Below the pieces are notes generated by a model that saw nothing but the letters and a program-made list of their open reading frames with translations, searched no databases and was not told where the DNA came from. 64,000 nt of DNA, from NCBI GenBank assembly GCA_963729715.1, contig CAVSPA010000005.1, positions 384,001-448,000 of the forward strand, written 5' to 3'. Below, one piece after another: positions 41,104 to 50,594 of the stretch; position 1 is the first letter of the stretch, and each line of letters opens with the position of its first letter. The DNA is from an uncultured delta proteobacterium (GTDB taxonomy: Bacteria > Desulfobacterota > Syntrophia > Syntrophales > UBA2185). Both the position numbers and the translations under genes were made by a program.

Positions 41104-41916
41104 TTATCTCTTAAGATTGTAAACCGCTGTGGTCTCTGTCCAGTCCGTAAGTTCGATCTGGTTCAACCTCCGGACAAGGTCGCTGACCATTCCCGTCGAC
41201 TTTGCATCATAGACCTCAAAAATCCCTTCTCTGAAACCGATGGAAAGTAGCTCCTGTTTCTGCCGGGTCGCGATGAGCTTGATTCTTTCTTCAGCAGAGG
41301 CGTCCTTGTAGTTAGGCAGGAACATGGCTTTCAGATGAATAGGGTTGTCTGCCGGAGGGAATTGGTATGCCCTTCCCGCTCTCGTAAAATTATCCGGCAT
41401 ATTCGAATTGGGGAGAAGGAGAGTAACGGAGCCGTCTAGAGCAATGGAAAAAATATAGACATAAGAGTCTCCGCTTACCTGATAGAATACCTTTACTTCA
41501 TCTCCTTCCTTCAGGTCTGTCTTCGAGAGCGACAGTCTTGCGGAGAGGCCTTCCCCTTTCTCAGGATACACGGGTTCGATCAGGGCTTTGATTTTTATTC
41601 TGTAGAGGTTTCTCTCTTTTGCATCCCAATCCGATGCGATGATTACTTCCTTCGTGATCTTTCCCCTGACAGCGGCGTAGATCAGGTCTTCGGCAATCTG
41701 GCTGTTGGAGACTAATGTGTGGGCTCTAATGAATGTACCGACCGCACTTTCTATCGCCTTGCTCTCGGCATCCCGCTTGGCTCTGTCCTTTACCTCCTTC
41801 AGTGTATCCATCTCCGATTGATACGATGTGCCGTCAGCCGTAAACCAAAGGGGCTTATCAGCAGAAGCCTCAAGAGGGATCAGGAGGAAGGCCATGACAA
41901 AGAGTATTTTTTTCAT
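41104..41916 (-). CDS. Exported DUF4384-domain protein
   Basis: Signal peptide; LKEGDEV...DSYVYIF....DGSVTLLLPN...EERIKLIATRQ pattern; N-terminal AKRDA...AIE..VG domain. Confidence 0.75.
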   Translation of the reverse strand: MKKILFVMAFLLIPLEASADKPLWFTADGTSYQSEMDTLKEVKDRAKRDAESKAIESAVGTFIRAHTLVSNSQIAEDLIYAAVRGKITKEVIIASDWDAKERNLYRIKIKALIEPVYPEKGEGLSARLSLSKTDLKEGDEVKVFYQVSGDSYVYIFSIALDGSVTLLLPNSNMPDNFTRAGRAYQFPPADNPIHLKAMFLPNYKDASAEERIKLIATRQKQELLSIGFREGIFEVYDAKSTGMVSDLVRRLNQIELTDWTETTAVYNLKR

Positions 41917-41924
41917 AAAACCCC

Positions 41925-43322
41925 TCAATTCTTCTTCGCCCCAATCAACTGCGGTGTCTGTTCGTTGTTGTACTGCTTCCGAGCAATGCGCTCAACTTGA
42001 GGCTTCAGGTAGCTGAACAAGTCTGTAAGTGCAATCGAACCATCTTTTTTCACTACCTCTTCATTCTTGATTCCCTTGAGCATGAAATAAGTGAAAAGCC
42101 CGTGGCCCTTCTCCTCGTAGGTGGAGCTGATCTGGTCTCCGGACGCGGCGCTCAGAACAGCCACTTTCTTCGGAATTGATTCGCTGCTCATCGTCATAAC
42201 CAAAGGCCTCGCGCCCTTGGCAATCACGCTGCGTCCACCGGCTCCGGAGAAGCACGAATCAAGCGCCACGATAATCTCCTTCGCGGGAAGTTTTCCGAGT
42301 GCATCATAGAGCCTTCTCAGAGAATATCCGGTTTCCCCGATAAATGCCGGATCTCCGTCATACGGAACGAGATAGGCGTCACCCGTCTTGGGATTCGGCG
42401 CACCGTGCCCGGAATAATAAACAAACACCGTACCGCCTTTTTCGACATTGTTAGGCAGCCATTTTTCGAAATATTTTACGAAGTCTCCCAGGGCGGCAAG
42501 GTCATTCGTAAGGGTTACAACGTTCTCTTCCGGATAGCCCATCGCCTTTGTGAGATATTCCGTCACCGTCTTGGCATCGGCTGCCGCGAAGTCGGCCTTG
42601 GGCAGCTTTTGGCGGTATTGCTCGATGCCGATGACTATCGCATATGCTTTGCTGTTCTGCCGTGCCTGTGCATTAGAGGGAAGAGAGATATCCGTTTGAT
42701 CCGGAGCGGGAACAGTCTTCTGCGGCTGCGCCGTGACAATCGGCTTGCCATCGAAGTACGCCATTATTGCATCCGCGGGAGCATATCCCATCCGTCTCCG
42801 TCCGTCAGGAAAAATGACGGTCGGAACGCCAGTGATACTCAAAGACTGTGCGAGCGCGATAGTTTTATCGACAGCATCGCTGTTGCAGTCCCGGGCAGGG
42901 ATCGGCTTGTTTTCAAAATTATCTTCAAGCATCTGCAGAGAAGAGCTGCAAAGGATGCTTTTTGATTTCCAGTAAGCGTCTTTGTGCATTGCCAAAGGAA
43001 AGAGTCTTATATAGAAGGCAACGTCATTCCGCTCTGCCACAATTTTCTTGAGCTCTGTGTGAAGTTTCACGCAGTAAGGACAATCAGGGTCGGTAAAAAC
43101 CACGGCCTTCTTCTGTGCCGCAGGGTTCCCCATAACAAGAGCGTGTTCCATCGTAAGGTCGCTGAAAGATGCATTCGGCTGCTTGACTATGAAATCGCTC
43201 CCATAAGCGGATTGTCCATACAAAAGAACCAAGAAAGCAATCAGACAAAATGGCGCATACTTCACTGACGTAAACATGTGAACTATGTTTTTTCCTCTTG
43301 TTTTCATGCCGGCACCTCTCAT
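41925..43322 (-). CDS. Exported DsbC-like thioredoxin domain fused to a caspase-family (peptidase C14) domain
   Basis: Hydrophobic leader; FTDPDCPYC and GVPT thioredoxin motifs; P/Q linker; YAIVIGI, YSGHG, LDSCFSG, GHGLFT, QTPQ caspase motifs. Confidence 0.88.
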   Translation of the reverse strand: MRGAGMKTRGKNIVHMFTSVKYAPFCLIAFLVLLYGQSAYGSDFIVKQPNASFSDLTMEHALVMGNPAAQKKAVVFTDPDCPYCVKLHTELKKIVAERNDVAFYIRLFPLAMHKDAYWKSKSILCSSSLQMLEDNFENKPIPARDCNSDAVDKTIALAQSLSITGVPTVIFPDGRRRMGYAPADAIMAYFDGKPIVTAQPQKTVPAPDQTDISLPSNAQARQNSKAYAIVIGIEQYRQKLPKADFAAADAKTVTEYLTKAMGYPEENVVTLTNDLAALGDFVKYFEKWLPNNVEKGGTVFVYYSGHGAPNPKTGDAYLVPYDGDPAFIGETGYSLRRLYDALGKLPAKEIIVALDSCFSGAGGRSVIAKGARPLVMTMSSESIPKKVAVLSAASGDQISSTYEEKGHGLFTYFMLKGIKNEEVVKKDGSIALTDLFSYLKPQVERIARKQYNNEQTPQLIGAKKN

Positions 43323-43345
43323 GCAGATTTATCCTCAAATTGTCA
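43271..43345. repeat. ~75-bp imperfect direct repeat, copy 1
   Basis: taaacatgtgaacta...ggcacctctcatgcagattt-atcctcaa; about 10 differences from copy 2 by eye. Confidence 0.85.
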
Positions 43346-43493
43346 CGGACGCTTCCGTCCGTATCGAATTGCTTTTAGAGCTTCTACCACATATTAAGAT
43401 TTTGTAAAAATCAAAATAACTACAGAACTCTATATAAAAATATGGTAACAATATCAGCCGTGGGTCAATTAACTTTTTTAGAGGGAGTTAATT

Positions 43494-44966
43494 ATGAAAG
43501 CAGAACAGGATTCCTTCAGCAAGCGCTATGGCCTTATTATCAGTGTTGTTGTGTTATTGGGGATCATTGCAATGCCGACGCCGGAAGGACTAACGGTAGC
43601 GGGTCAGAGAATGATCGCCATGCTTATCTTTTCGATAATAATCTGGATGACCGAGGCTGTTTCCTACCCGATCAGCGCCGCCATAATCCTGGCGATTATG
43701 GTCTTCCTGCTCGGCACATCACCCGATGTTGCCAATCCCAAGGGCGTCATGGGAACTTCCAAGGGTCTCTCCCTGGCATTGGGCGGATTCAGCAACCCCG
43801 CGACTGCCTTAGTGGGCGGGGCGCTGTTTATCGCCGCCGCGATGATGCAGACCGGCCTCGACAAGCGGATCGCCTTATCCATCCTGTCTAAAATAGGGAC
43901 GAAGACTAACCGTATTCTGATTGGAGTAATTTTTGTGGGTTTCGTTCTCAGTTTCTTCATTCCCAGCACAACCGCAAGGGTCGCTTGTCTGGTTCCTATT
44001 GTAATGGGGATTATCCTGGCTCTTAATGTGGATAAAAAGAGCAAATTTGCCGGCGTCCTGATGATCGCCACCGCCCAGGCTGATAGTATTTGGAATGTCG
44101 GTATCAAAACGGCAGCCGCACAAAATATGGTTGCCATCGGCTTTATTGATAAACTTCTTAACAAACAGATTACCTGGTTCGAATGGTTTATTGCCGCCGC
44201 TCCCTTCGCCGTGATTATGTCTGTGGTCTTGTATTACGTCTTGATGAAGGTCATGCCGCCTGACACCGAGGAAATCCCAGGCAGCCGGGAAACTATCGCT
44301 AAAGCCTTGGCTGACCTTGGTCCTATGAAACTGAACGAGAAGAAGCTGTTCGCTGTATCGCTTACACTGCTATTCTTCTGGTCTACCGAAATGGTCCTCC
44401 ACAATTTCGATACCGCCTCTACGACCCTCGCTGCCGTGGCCATCATGCTGATGCCTGTTGTAGGTGTAATGACATGGAAAGAAGCACAGGCAAAAATCCC
44501 TTGGGGTACTCTGATGTTGTTCGGGATAGGCATAAGCCTTGGATCGGCTCTTCTTTCCACGAAAGCCGCTGCCTGGCTGGCTAAAATGATTGTCACCTGG
44601 TTTGGCTTACAGACCATGCCTGCCTTGACAATTCTGGCTGTCCTTGCCGCTTTCCTCATTATCATCCACCTTGGGTTTGCCAGTGCCACCGCTTTGGCGT
44701 CAGCTATGATACCGATTGTGATTTCGGTATTGCAGGAGGTAAAGATGGCGGGCATGAACGTATGGGGCATGACAATGATTTTACAGTACGTGGTGAGCTT
44801 CGGGTTTATCTTGCCGGTAAATGCGCCACAAAATATGGTGGCATACAGCACAGAAACATTTGAAGTTAAAGATTTCATGCGGACAGGCATTCCTTTAACA
44901 ATCATCGCCTATCTCGTCATTCTTCTCTTAGGGGCCACATACTGGAAGTGGCTTGGATACGTATAA
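43494..44966 (+). CDS. DASS/SLC13-family anion (dicarboxylate) transporter
   Basis: WMTEAV, TGLDKRIAL, IPSTTAR, TAAAQN, FASATA, FILPVNAPQN. Confidence 0.9.
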   Translation: MKAEQDSFSKRYGLIISVVVLLGIIAMPTPEGLTVAGQRMIAMLIFSIIIWMTEAVSYPISAAIILAIMVFLLGTSPDVANPKGVMGTSKGLSLALGGFSNPATALVGGALFIAAAMMQTGLDKRIALSILSKIGTKTNRILIGVIFVGFVLSFFIPSTTARVACLVPIVMGIILALNVDKKSKFAGVLMIATAQADSIWNVGIKTAAAQNMVAIGFIDKLLNKQITWFEWFIAAAPFAVIMSVVLYYVLMKVMPPDTEEIPGSRETIAKALADLGPMKLNEKKLFAVSLTLLFFWSTEMVLHNFDTASTTLAAVAIMLMPVVGVMTWKEAQAKIPWGTLMLFGIGISLGSALLSTKAAAWLAKMIVTWFGLQTMPALTILAVLAAFLIIIHLGFASATALASAMIPIVISVLQEVKMAGMNVWGMTMILQYVVSFGFILPVNAPQNMVAYSTETFEVKDFMRTGIPLTIIAYLVILLLGATYWKWLGYV

Positions 44967-45012
44967 GCCTCAGGAAGCCTGTATAGAAAATTTCTATAAA
45001 GGATTGAAGAAA

Positions 45013-46620
45013 ATGCAATATGACCCTTTGTATCATCCTTATCCGTCCCGGCGAAGCATGGTTTTCGCCAGGAAAGGCATGGTTGCAACTTCGCAGCCGC
45101 TTGCAGCCCAGGCGGGGCTGGAGATTCTCAAAAAAGGAGGCAATGCCATTGACGCGGCAATCGCAACTGCAGCTTGTCTGACCGTAGTTGAACCAACTTC
45201 CAACGGTATAGGCGGTGATGCTTTCGCCCTTGTGTGGAGCAAAAATAAACTTCACGGTTTGAATGCAAGCGGACCTTCGCCTAAAACTATTTCCATCGAG
45301 GCGCTAAAAAAAGCGGGACATCAGGAAATCCCGAAATACGGAATGATCCCGGTGACCGTGCCGGGAGCCCCTTCAGCTTGGGCCGAGTTGTCGAAGCGTT
45401 TTGGCAAGCTTCCCTTTGTCGAAGTATTAAGGCCCGCAATCGAGTATGCAGAGGAGGGCTTCCCGGTGTCGCCGATCATCAGCAAGCTTTGGAAAGCCGA
45501 CTTTGACAATTATAAGAAGGAACGAGCTGAAGAGTTCAAGTACTGGTTTGAAGTATTTGCTCCACAGGGAAAACCGCCAGCGGCCGGCGGGATCTGGCGG
45601 TCACCGAGACATGCGGCCACACTCAAGTCGATTGCGGAAACCAACGCCGAGGCGTTTTACCGTGGTGAACTAACCGAGAGGATCGATGTCTTCTTTAAGC
45701 AGTACAGGGGATATTTGCGCAAGGAAGACTTGGAAGCTTTTCGGCCGGAATGGGTGGAGCCGATAAAAATAAATTATCGAGGCTACGACGTCTGGGAAAT
45801 TCCACCCAACGGGCATGGCCTGGTGGCATTGATGGCCCTTAATATTTTGAAAGGGTTTGATTTCTCGGCAAAGGAAACAGTCGACACTTACCATAAACAA
45901 ATTGAGGCTATAAAACTTGCATTCGTTGATTGCCGGAAATATGTTACTGACCCGCGGCACATGACCATCAAAGTGGACGACCTGTTGTCTGATTCTTTCG
46001 CGGCAAAGCGGCGCGGCCTTATTGGTAAGCAGGCGCTCCAGCCTGCGCCCGGCCGCCCCACTGGCGGCAGTACGGTCTATCTGGCGACGGCCGACTCAGA
46101 GGGAAACATGGTGTCCTTCATTCAGAGCAATTATATGGGCTTTGGCTCGGGTCTGATCGTTCCCGGAACCGGTATCAGCCTTCATAACCGCGGGCATAAT
46201 TTCTCATTCAATGAAACGCATGACAATCGTCTTGAACCGGGAAAGAAATCTTACCATACTATCATGCCGGGCTTCTTGACCAAGGATAACGAAGCAGTGG
46301 GCCCATTTGGCGTCATGGGTGCATTCATCCAACCGCAAGGCCACCTGATGGTAGTGATGAACACAGTCGATTTTCATCTTAATCCGCAAGCGGCCCTCGA
46401 CGCGCCCCGGTGGCAGTGGGTGGAAGACAAGATAGTGGATATCGAGCACCTATTCCCGGAACATATTGCCGAAGCTTTAAATAGGCGAGGCCACGTCATC
46501 AGACGCGGTGTGGTGGGAGCAACAACCTTTGGCCGCGGTCAGATTATCTGGCGAAACAGTGAAGGTGTACTCGCCGGTGCGACAGAACCGCGAACGGATG
46601 GCGTTGTTGCAGTTTGGTAG
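45013..46620 (+). CDS. Gamma-glutamyltransferase-family Ntn hydrolase (YwrD-like, no signal peptide)
   Basis: GGNAIDAA, EPTSNGIGGD, PPNGHG, (S)TVYLATAD nucleophile, SFIQSNY.GFGSG, HTIMPG. Confidence 0.9.
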   Translation: MQYDPLYHPYPSRRSMVFARKGMVATSQPLAAQAGLEILKKGGNAIDAAIATAACLTVVEPTSNGIGGDAFALVWSKNKLHGLNASGPSPKTISIEALKKAGHQEIPKYGMIPVTVPGAPSAWAELSKRFGKLPFVEVLRPAIEYAEEGFPVSPIISKLWKADFDNYKKERAEEFKYWFEVFAPQGKPPAAGGIWRSPRHAATLKSIAETNAEAFYRGELTERIDVFFKQYRGYLRKEDLEAFRPEWVEPIKINYRGYDVWEIPPNGHGLVALMALNILKGFDFSAKETVDTYHKQIEAIKLAFVDCRKYVTDPRHMTIKVDDLLSDSFAAKRRGLIGKQALQPAPGRPTGGSTVYLATADSEGNMVSFIQSNYMGFGSGLIVPGTGISLHNRGHNFSFNETHDNRLEPGKKSYHTIMPGFLTKDNEAVGPFGVMGAFIQPQGHLMVVMNTVDFHLNPQAALDAPRWQWVEDKIVDIEHLFPEHIAEALNRRGHVIRRGVVGATTFGRGQIIWRNSEGVLAGATEPRTDGVVAVW

Positions 46621-46766
46621 GAGCCCGCACCGGTCCCGGCAGACATATACCTGCGAGAATTTTTCATCAATGATACTGTTTCGATTGAAACAGGCGCTAA
46701 GATCTATTTGAACGGCTCAGCGCGTGTTAAATCTCAGGTCACCACGATATTTGACGTATCAGCCCC

Positions 46767-46841
46767 TAAACACGTGAACTAAATTTTTTCCTCTTGCTTT
46801 TATGATGGCACCTCTCATGCAGATTTTATCCTCAATGGTCA
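46767..46841. repeat. ~75-bp imperfect direct repeat, copy 2
   Basis: taaacacgtgaacta...ggcacctctcatgcagattttatcctcaa; minus strand reads MRGAIIKARGKNLVHVFRG*, versus MRGAGMKTRGKNIVHMF in copy 1. Confidence 0.85.
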
Positions 46842-47999
46842 TCTGTTTGCCTTCTTTATCCCAAGCTGATCTTGAGCCATTATGAATTTGCAAATGTTCG
46901 CCGATCCCTCGACCATGGCATAAGTAGGGGCGTCCCGGAAATAGCGGGCCACCGGATATTCATTGGAATAGCCGTATGCCCCCAGGATTCGCATCGCAAA
47001 CTGTGAGCACTTGTAGGCCAATTCGCCGGCCAAGTATTTGGAGGCGGCCACTTCCAGGTTGTTACCGAGATTGCCCTGGTCCTTCTGCCAGGCCGCCTTG
47101 TAGACCATCAGCCTTCCCGCCTCGATCTCGGCCACCATCTGCCCGATCATGTCCTGGTTCATTTGGAAGGCGCCGATCGGTTTGCCGAACTGCTCGCGCT
47201 CCATGGCGTATTTCGTCACGCAATCAAGGCAGGCCTGAGCCAGCCCAATGCCTCCTGCGGCCGCGGAAAGCCTGGTCTGCGCCAGGGAACTGAAAACGAT
47301 CTTCGCGCCGTCGCCGGGGTTCCCCAGGATGTTTCCTTTGGGGACCTTGGTGTCTTCCAGGATGACCTCACCGGTCGGTGAAGACCTAGATCCCAGCTTG
47401 TCCAGGTCGGTAACGGTGATGCCGTTGAAATTCTTGAGCTCAACGACAAAAGCAGACAGAAGCTTCTTTCCACCGATTTCTGTGTAGGCATAAAAGATGG
47501 TCAGGTCGCCCAAGGTGGCATTCGATATCCAGGTCTTGGTGCCATTGATGAGCCAATGATCTTCTTTGTCCTCTGCAAATGACCTGATCGCCATTACGTC
47601 CGACCCGGCCTGCGGTTCGGTGATCGCAAACGATCCGAGCAATTCAGCATTGACGAGCTTCTGCACGTATTTCTTCTTGAGCTCTTCCGTGCCGTAGCGG
47701 TAGATAGTGTAGGCGCAGCCAAGTTCCTGCATGTTGACCTGCACCCGCAGCGAACTCGATGCACGGGCAATCTCCTCCGTGATGATCATCGCTGCGAGCC
47801 AGCCCATGTTGCTCCCGCCGTATTCCTCCGGAATGACAGTTCCGAAGAAACCAAGCTCACCCATGGGCCTCACCACTTCCTTGTAGGGAAAATAGTGCTT
47901 CGCGTCCCATTCATCCGCATAAGGGGCTATTCTCCCGGCGGCAAAACTGCGCACCGTCTCCTGAAGCATTTTCACTTCTGCTGACAATTCGAAGTTCAT
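46839..47999 (-). CDS. acd: Glutaryl-CoA dehydrogenase, non-decarboxylating type
   Basis: Closely follows the recalled Desulfococcus multivorans enzyme: HYFPY...VRPMGELGFFGTVIPEEYGG, WLAAMI.TEEIAR.SS.LRVQ.NM, DAPTY.MVEGSANICK, DQLG..KANR. Confidence 0.88.
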   Translation of the reverse strand: MNFELSAEVKMLQETVRSFAAGRIAPYADEWDAKHYFPYKEVVRPMGELGFFGTVIPEEYGGSNMGWLAAMIITEEIARASSSLRVQVNMQELGCAYTIYRYGTEELKKKYVQKLVNAELLGSFAITEPQAGSDVMAIRSFAEDKEDHWLINGTKTWISNATLGDLTIFYAYTEIGGKKLLSAFVVELKNFNGITVTDLDKLGSRSSPTGEVILEDTKVPKGNILGNPGDGAKIVFSSLAQTRLSAAAGGIGLAQACLDCVTKYAMEREQFGKPIGAFQMNQDMIGQMVAEIEAGRLMVYKAAWQKDQGNLGNNLEVAASKYLAGELAYKCSQFAMRILGAYGYSNEYPVARYFRDAPTYAMVEGSANICKFIMAQDQLGIKKANR

Positions 48000-48068
48000 A
48001 AGTTCCTCTTCGCTTCTTTTTTTTCTCTGCCCTGGCTTCTTACAGCGACGAATACGGCAGTTTTATTG

Positions 48069-48103
48069 AAGCTCTCCGCAGCAAGCTGCGGAGAATCTTC
48101 GAT
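48069..48103. repeat. GC-rich REP/IS200-end-like palindrome
   Basis: ctccgcagc-aa-gctgcggag perfect stem, similar in style to the 20666 hairpin. Confidence 0.5.
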
Positions 48104-48243
48104 TCTTATGGAATATTATCGTTCGTCATTCGCTCACTACCGAATTCAACAGCATTTTTTGACCGGCTTAAGATAGTCTGTTTTCATCATGACAGTAGTC
48201 GTTCTCCTACTGGTGGGAGGCCTGCGATTAACTGCTACAGCGG

Positions 48244-49656
48244 CTACGATGCCACTTCGGTTTGCGTCTGTTTGATCCGACGGGGAAAAATCATGCTTAC
48301 CAATACCAATGCCACAAAACTAACGATGAGACCCGGGTACAGGGGATCGAGGCCCTTAGGATAAAGCACGTGCCAAACCAGATTGGCCAATGGTCCCAGG
48401 AATGCCGCCACGATGCCCGCCATAGGGGAGACGAGGCGTGGGAAGAACATTGCGCCCAGCAGGGGAAAGAGAATCGTGCAGCCCCTCAGTCCCATAGACA
48501 GGAAGCTCCATCCGAGGATCAGGGATTTGAGGTTTCCAGTAACAAAGAACACGCAGAGAACGCAGACCAAAAATATAAGCAGGCGCTGAACGAAAAGTAT
48601 TTCCTTGTCGCCCGCCAGCTTACGGAAAAACCGTTTGTAAATATCCTTCGTGACCATCGTTGAAACCCCCAAGGCAAGCCCGGCCCAGGTGCCGATTACT
48701 GCGACCAGCAATGTCGCAAGGACCACGCCCCCCGCCCACGGAGGCAGAAATTGCATTATAAAAACCGGCAGGACTTCAATCGAAGGAGTGGCCGGAAAAT
48801 ACGCTCTCATGTAAAGTCCCACCAGGATACCCCCGATACCGATGGGCGGAATCATGAAAGCGGATATCATTGCACCCCTGCGGGACGTTTTCGCGTCTTT
48901 CCCGGAATAGATAGCCTGGATATAGGTCTGGGTAGAAAGGACACCGACAATCAGCGAGAAGCCGGCAGCAGCGTCAAGATTGAAACTCCGGCCGAAAAGG
49001 GAAAACCAGGGGAAATAAGTAAATTTCTCTGCGAGACCCGTATAGCCGCCGACCATGTAATAGGCCATTACACCGCAGACTATCGTGGCGACATAGAGCA
49101 ATCCGAGTTTCGCAACCCCGACCAGGCCAGTGCCCCACACTCCGCCATAGAAAACATATCCCAAAACAAGCAATATGCTTATTATGGTCGCAGTGAGCGG
49201 TTCGATGTTGAACATGGCGGTCAGAAGCGCAACTGCCGCAAGTCCTTGACTAACGATACTCAGGAAAATGCCTATCGAAGAAAAAATACTGGAGATGGGG
49301 CCGATGTTACTGCCGTAAGTCACGACCAAATATTGGGGCACTGTTTCCAGGCGGCTATCATGGAGCCGCTTGGACAGACCCAGTCCCAGCACAGCACAGG
49401 CGATACCGGCACCGAGTGTAAACCACCACGCGCATACGCCGAATCGAAAAGCCAGCTGGGCTGTGCCGATTGTCGACGCACCGCCAACCAACGTGCCCAT
49501 GATTGTTCCGGCAACAACAGCAGCACTTGCTTTGCGCCCGCCGACGGTAAAGTCCGCGGCGTTTTTTACTTTCCGCCCGGCATAGATTCCCACCACCGTA
49601 ATGGCGATGAGGGTTACCACAATTCCTATGATGTGACCGGTGCTAAGTGACAGCAT
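48244..49656 (-). CDS. Sodium:solute symporter family protein
   Basis: DFTVGGR, GTLVGGASTIG, TVPQYL...YG, ~13 TM helices. Confidence 0.88.
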   Translation of the reverse strand: MLSLSTGHIIGIVVTLIAITVVGIYAGRKVKNAADFTVGGRKASAAVVAGTIMGTLVGGASTIGTAQLAFRFGVCAWWFTLGAGIACAVLGLGLSKRLHDSRLETVPQYLVVTYGSNIGPISSIFSSIGIFLSIVSQGLAAVALLTAMFNIEPLTATIISILLVLGYVFYGGVWGTGLVGVAKLGLLYVATIVCGVMAYYMVGGYTGLAEKFTYFPWFSLFGRSFNLDAAAGFSLIVGVLSTQTYIQAIYSGKDAKTSRRGAMISAFMIPPIGIGGILVGLYMRAYFPATPSIEVLPVFIMQFLPPWAGGVVLATLLVAVIGTWAGLALGVSTMVTKDIYKRFFRKLAGDKEILFVQRLLIFLVCVLCVFFVTGNLKSLILGWSFLSMGLRGCTILFPLLGAMFFPRLVSPMAGIVAAFLGPLANLVWHVLYPKGLDPLYPGLIVSFVALVLVSMIFPRRIKQTQTEVAS

Positions 49657-49812
49657 TATTTCTTACCTCCTCCTTTAACGATCCTATTTCCCGCTTACTA
49701 TTCCAGCCCAGTAAAGACGGCCAAAATTTTGCCGCTGGAAGCATGACCCGGACAAGATCTGATGTCGGCGGTGGCCGGCCATCAGCTGCTTCCACCCGGA
49801 CATAATGATCTT

Positions 49813-50574
49813 TCAAAGAATCAGCTTATGAGGGTCGACCTTTTCCCTCAGAATTTTTAAATCGTTCTCTGTCGGCGGTGTCGCCTCCGTTGCCCGGGAG
49901 ATATCCACCTCAAATTCCATGCTCTCGAGGATCTTCTGCGGTGCAGTGCCAGGGTAATAATGGGCCATGTACATTTCCTTCGTCTTTTCATCGAAGCGCA
50001 TCAGTCCGAGATTTGTTATTACGGCAGTTGGCCCGCCGGGCATCAGCCCTGCCTTCTCCCTGGCTCCGGGTCCATCAAGGTAACCCGGGCTGGTGAGATA
50101 ATCAACCTTCTTGGGGAATTTCCTTTTTTCGTGCTGCATGAAAATCAGGTATCGTGGGACAAAGGAGGCGACGTCGCAAGCGCCGCCGCTGCCGGAAAAT
50201 CTTGTGACCGGCCTGAAGTAGTCGCCGATCGCCGTCGAGTTCAAGTTTCCGTATTTGTCAATCTGTGCTGCGCCGAGTATCCCGATTACCCGGTCGCCTG
50301 TGATACGGTTCTGCATTGTAGCGAAGGCCTCGAGAAGACCCCCGTTTGATGCCGCTGAGTACATAACGCGCGGGTCCGCAACAGACATGGGGATTTCCTC
50401 GAGCTCCGAGTCTATCGCGCCGGTCTCAAAAAAAATGATGCTGTTGGGCGCCGTAATGTACTTTGCCGCCATCGCCGCAACTAACGAAATCCCGGTTCCG
50501 CAAAAGACGATATCGCCGTCGCAGATTTCCCTGGCCGCCATTATCGTCATCATTTCTCTCAACGTGTAGTTCAT
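49813..50574 (-). CDS. gctB: Family I CoA-transferase beta subunit (glutaconate CoA-transferase B-like)
   Basis: GTG.S, FETG, LGAAQIDKYGNLNST, GSGGACD, VDYLTSPG. Confidence 0.8.
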   Translation of the reverse strand: MNYTLREMMTIMAAREICDGDIVFCGTGISLVAAMAAKYITAPNSIIFFETGAIDSELEEIPMSVADPRVMYSAASNGGLLEAFATMQNRITGDRVIGILGAAQIDKYGNLNSTAIGDYFRPVTRFSGSGGACDVASFVPRYLIFMQHEKRKFPKKVDYLTSPGYLDGPGAREKAGLMPGGPTAVITNLGLMRFDEKTKEMYMAHYYPGTAPQKILESMEFEVDISRATEATPPTENDLKILREKVDPHKLIL

Positions 50575-50594
50575 GGTTTCATCTCCTGATTCTG

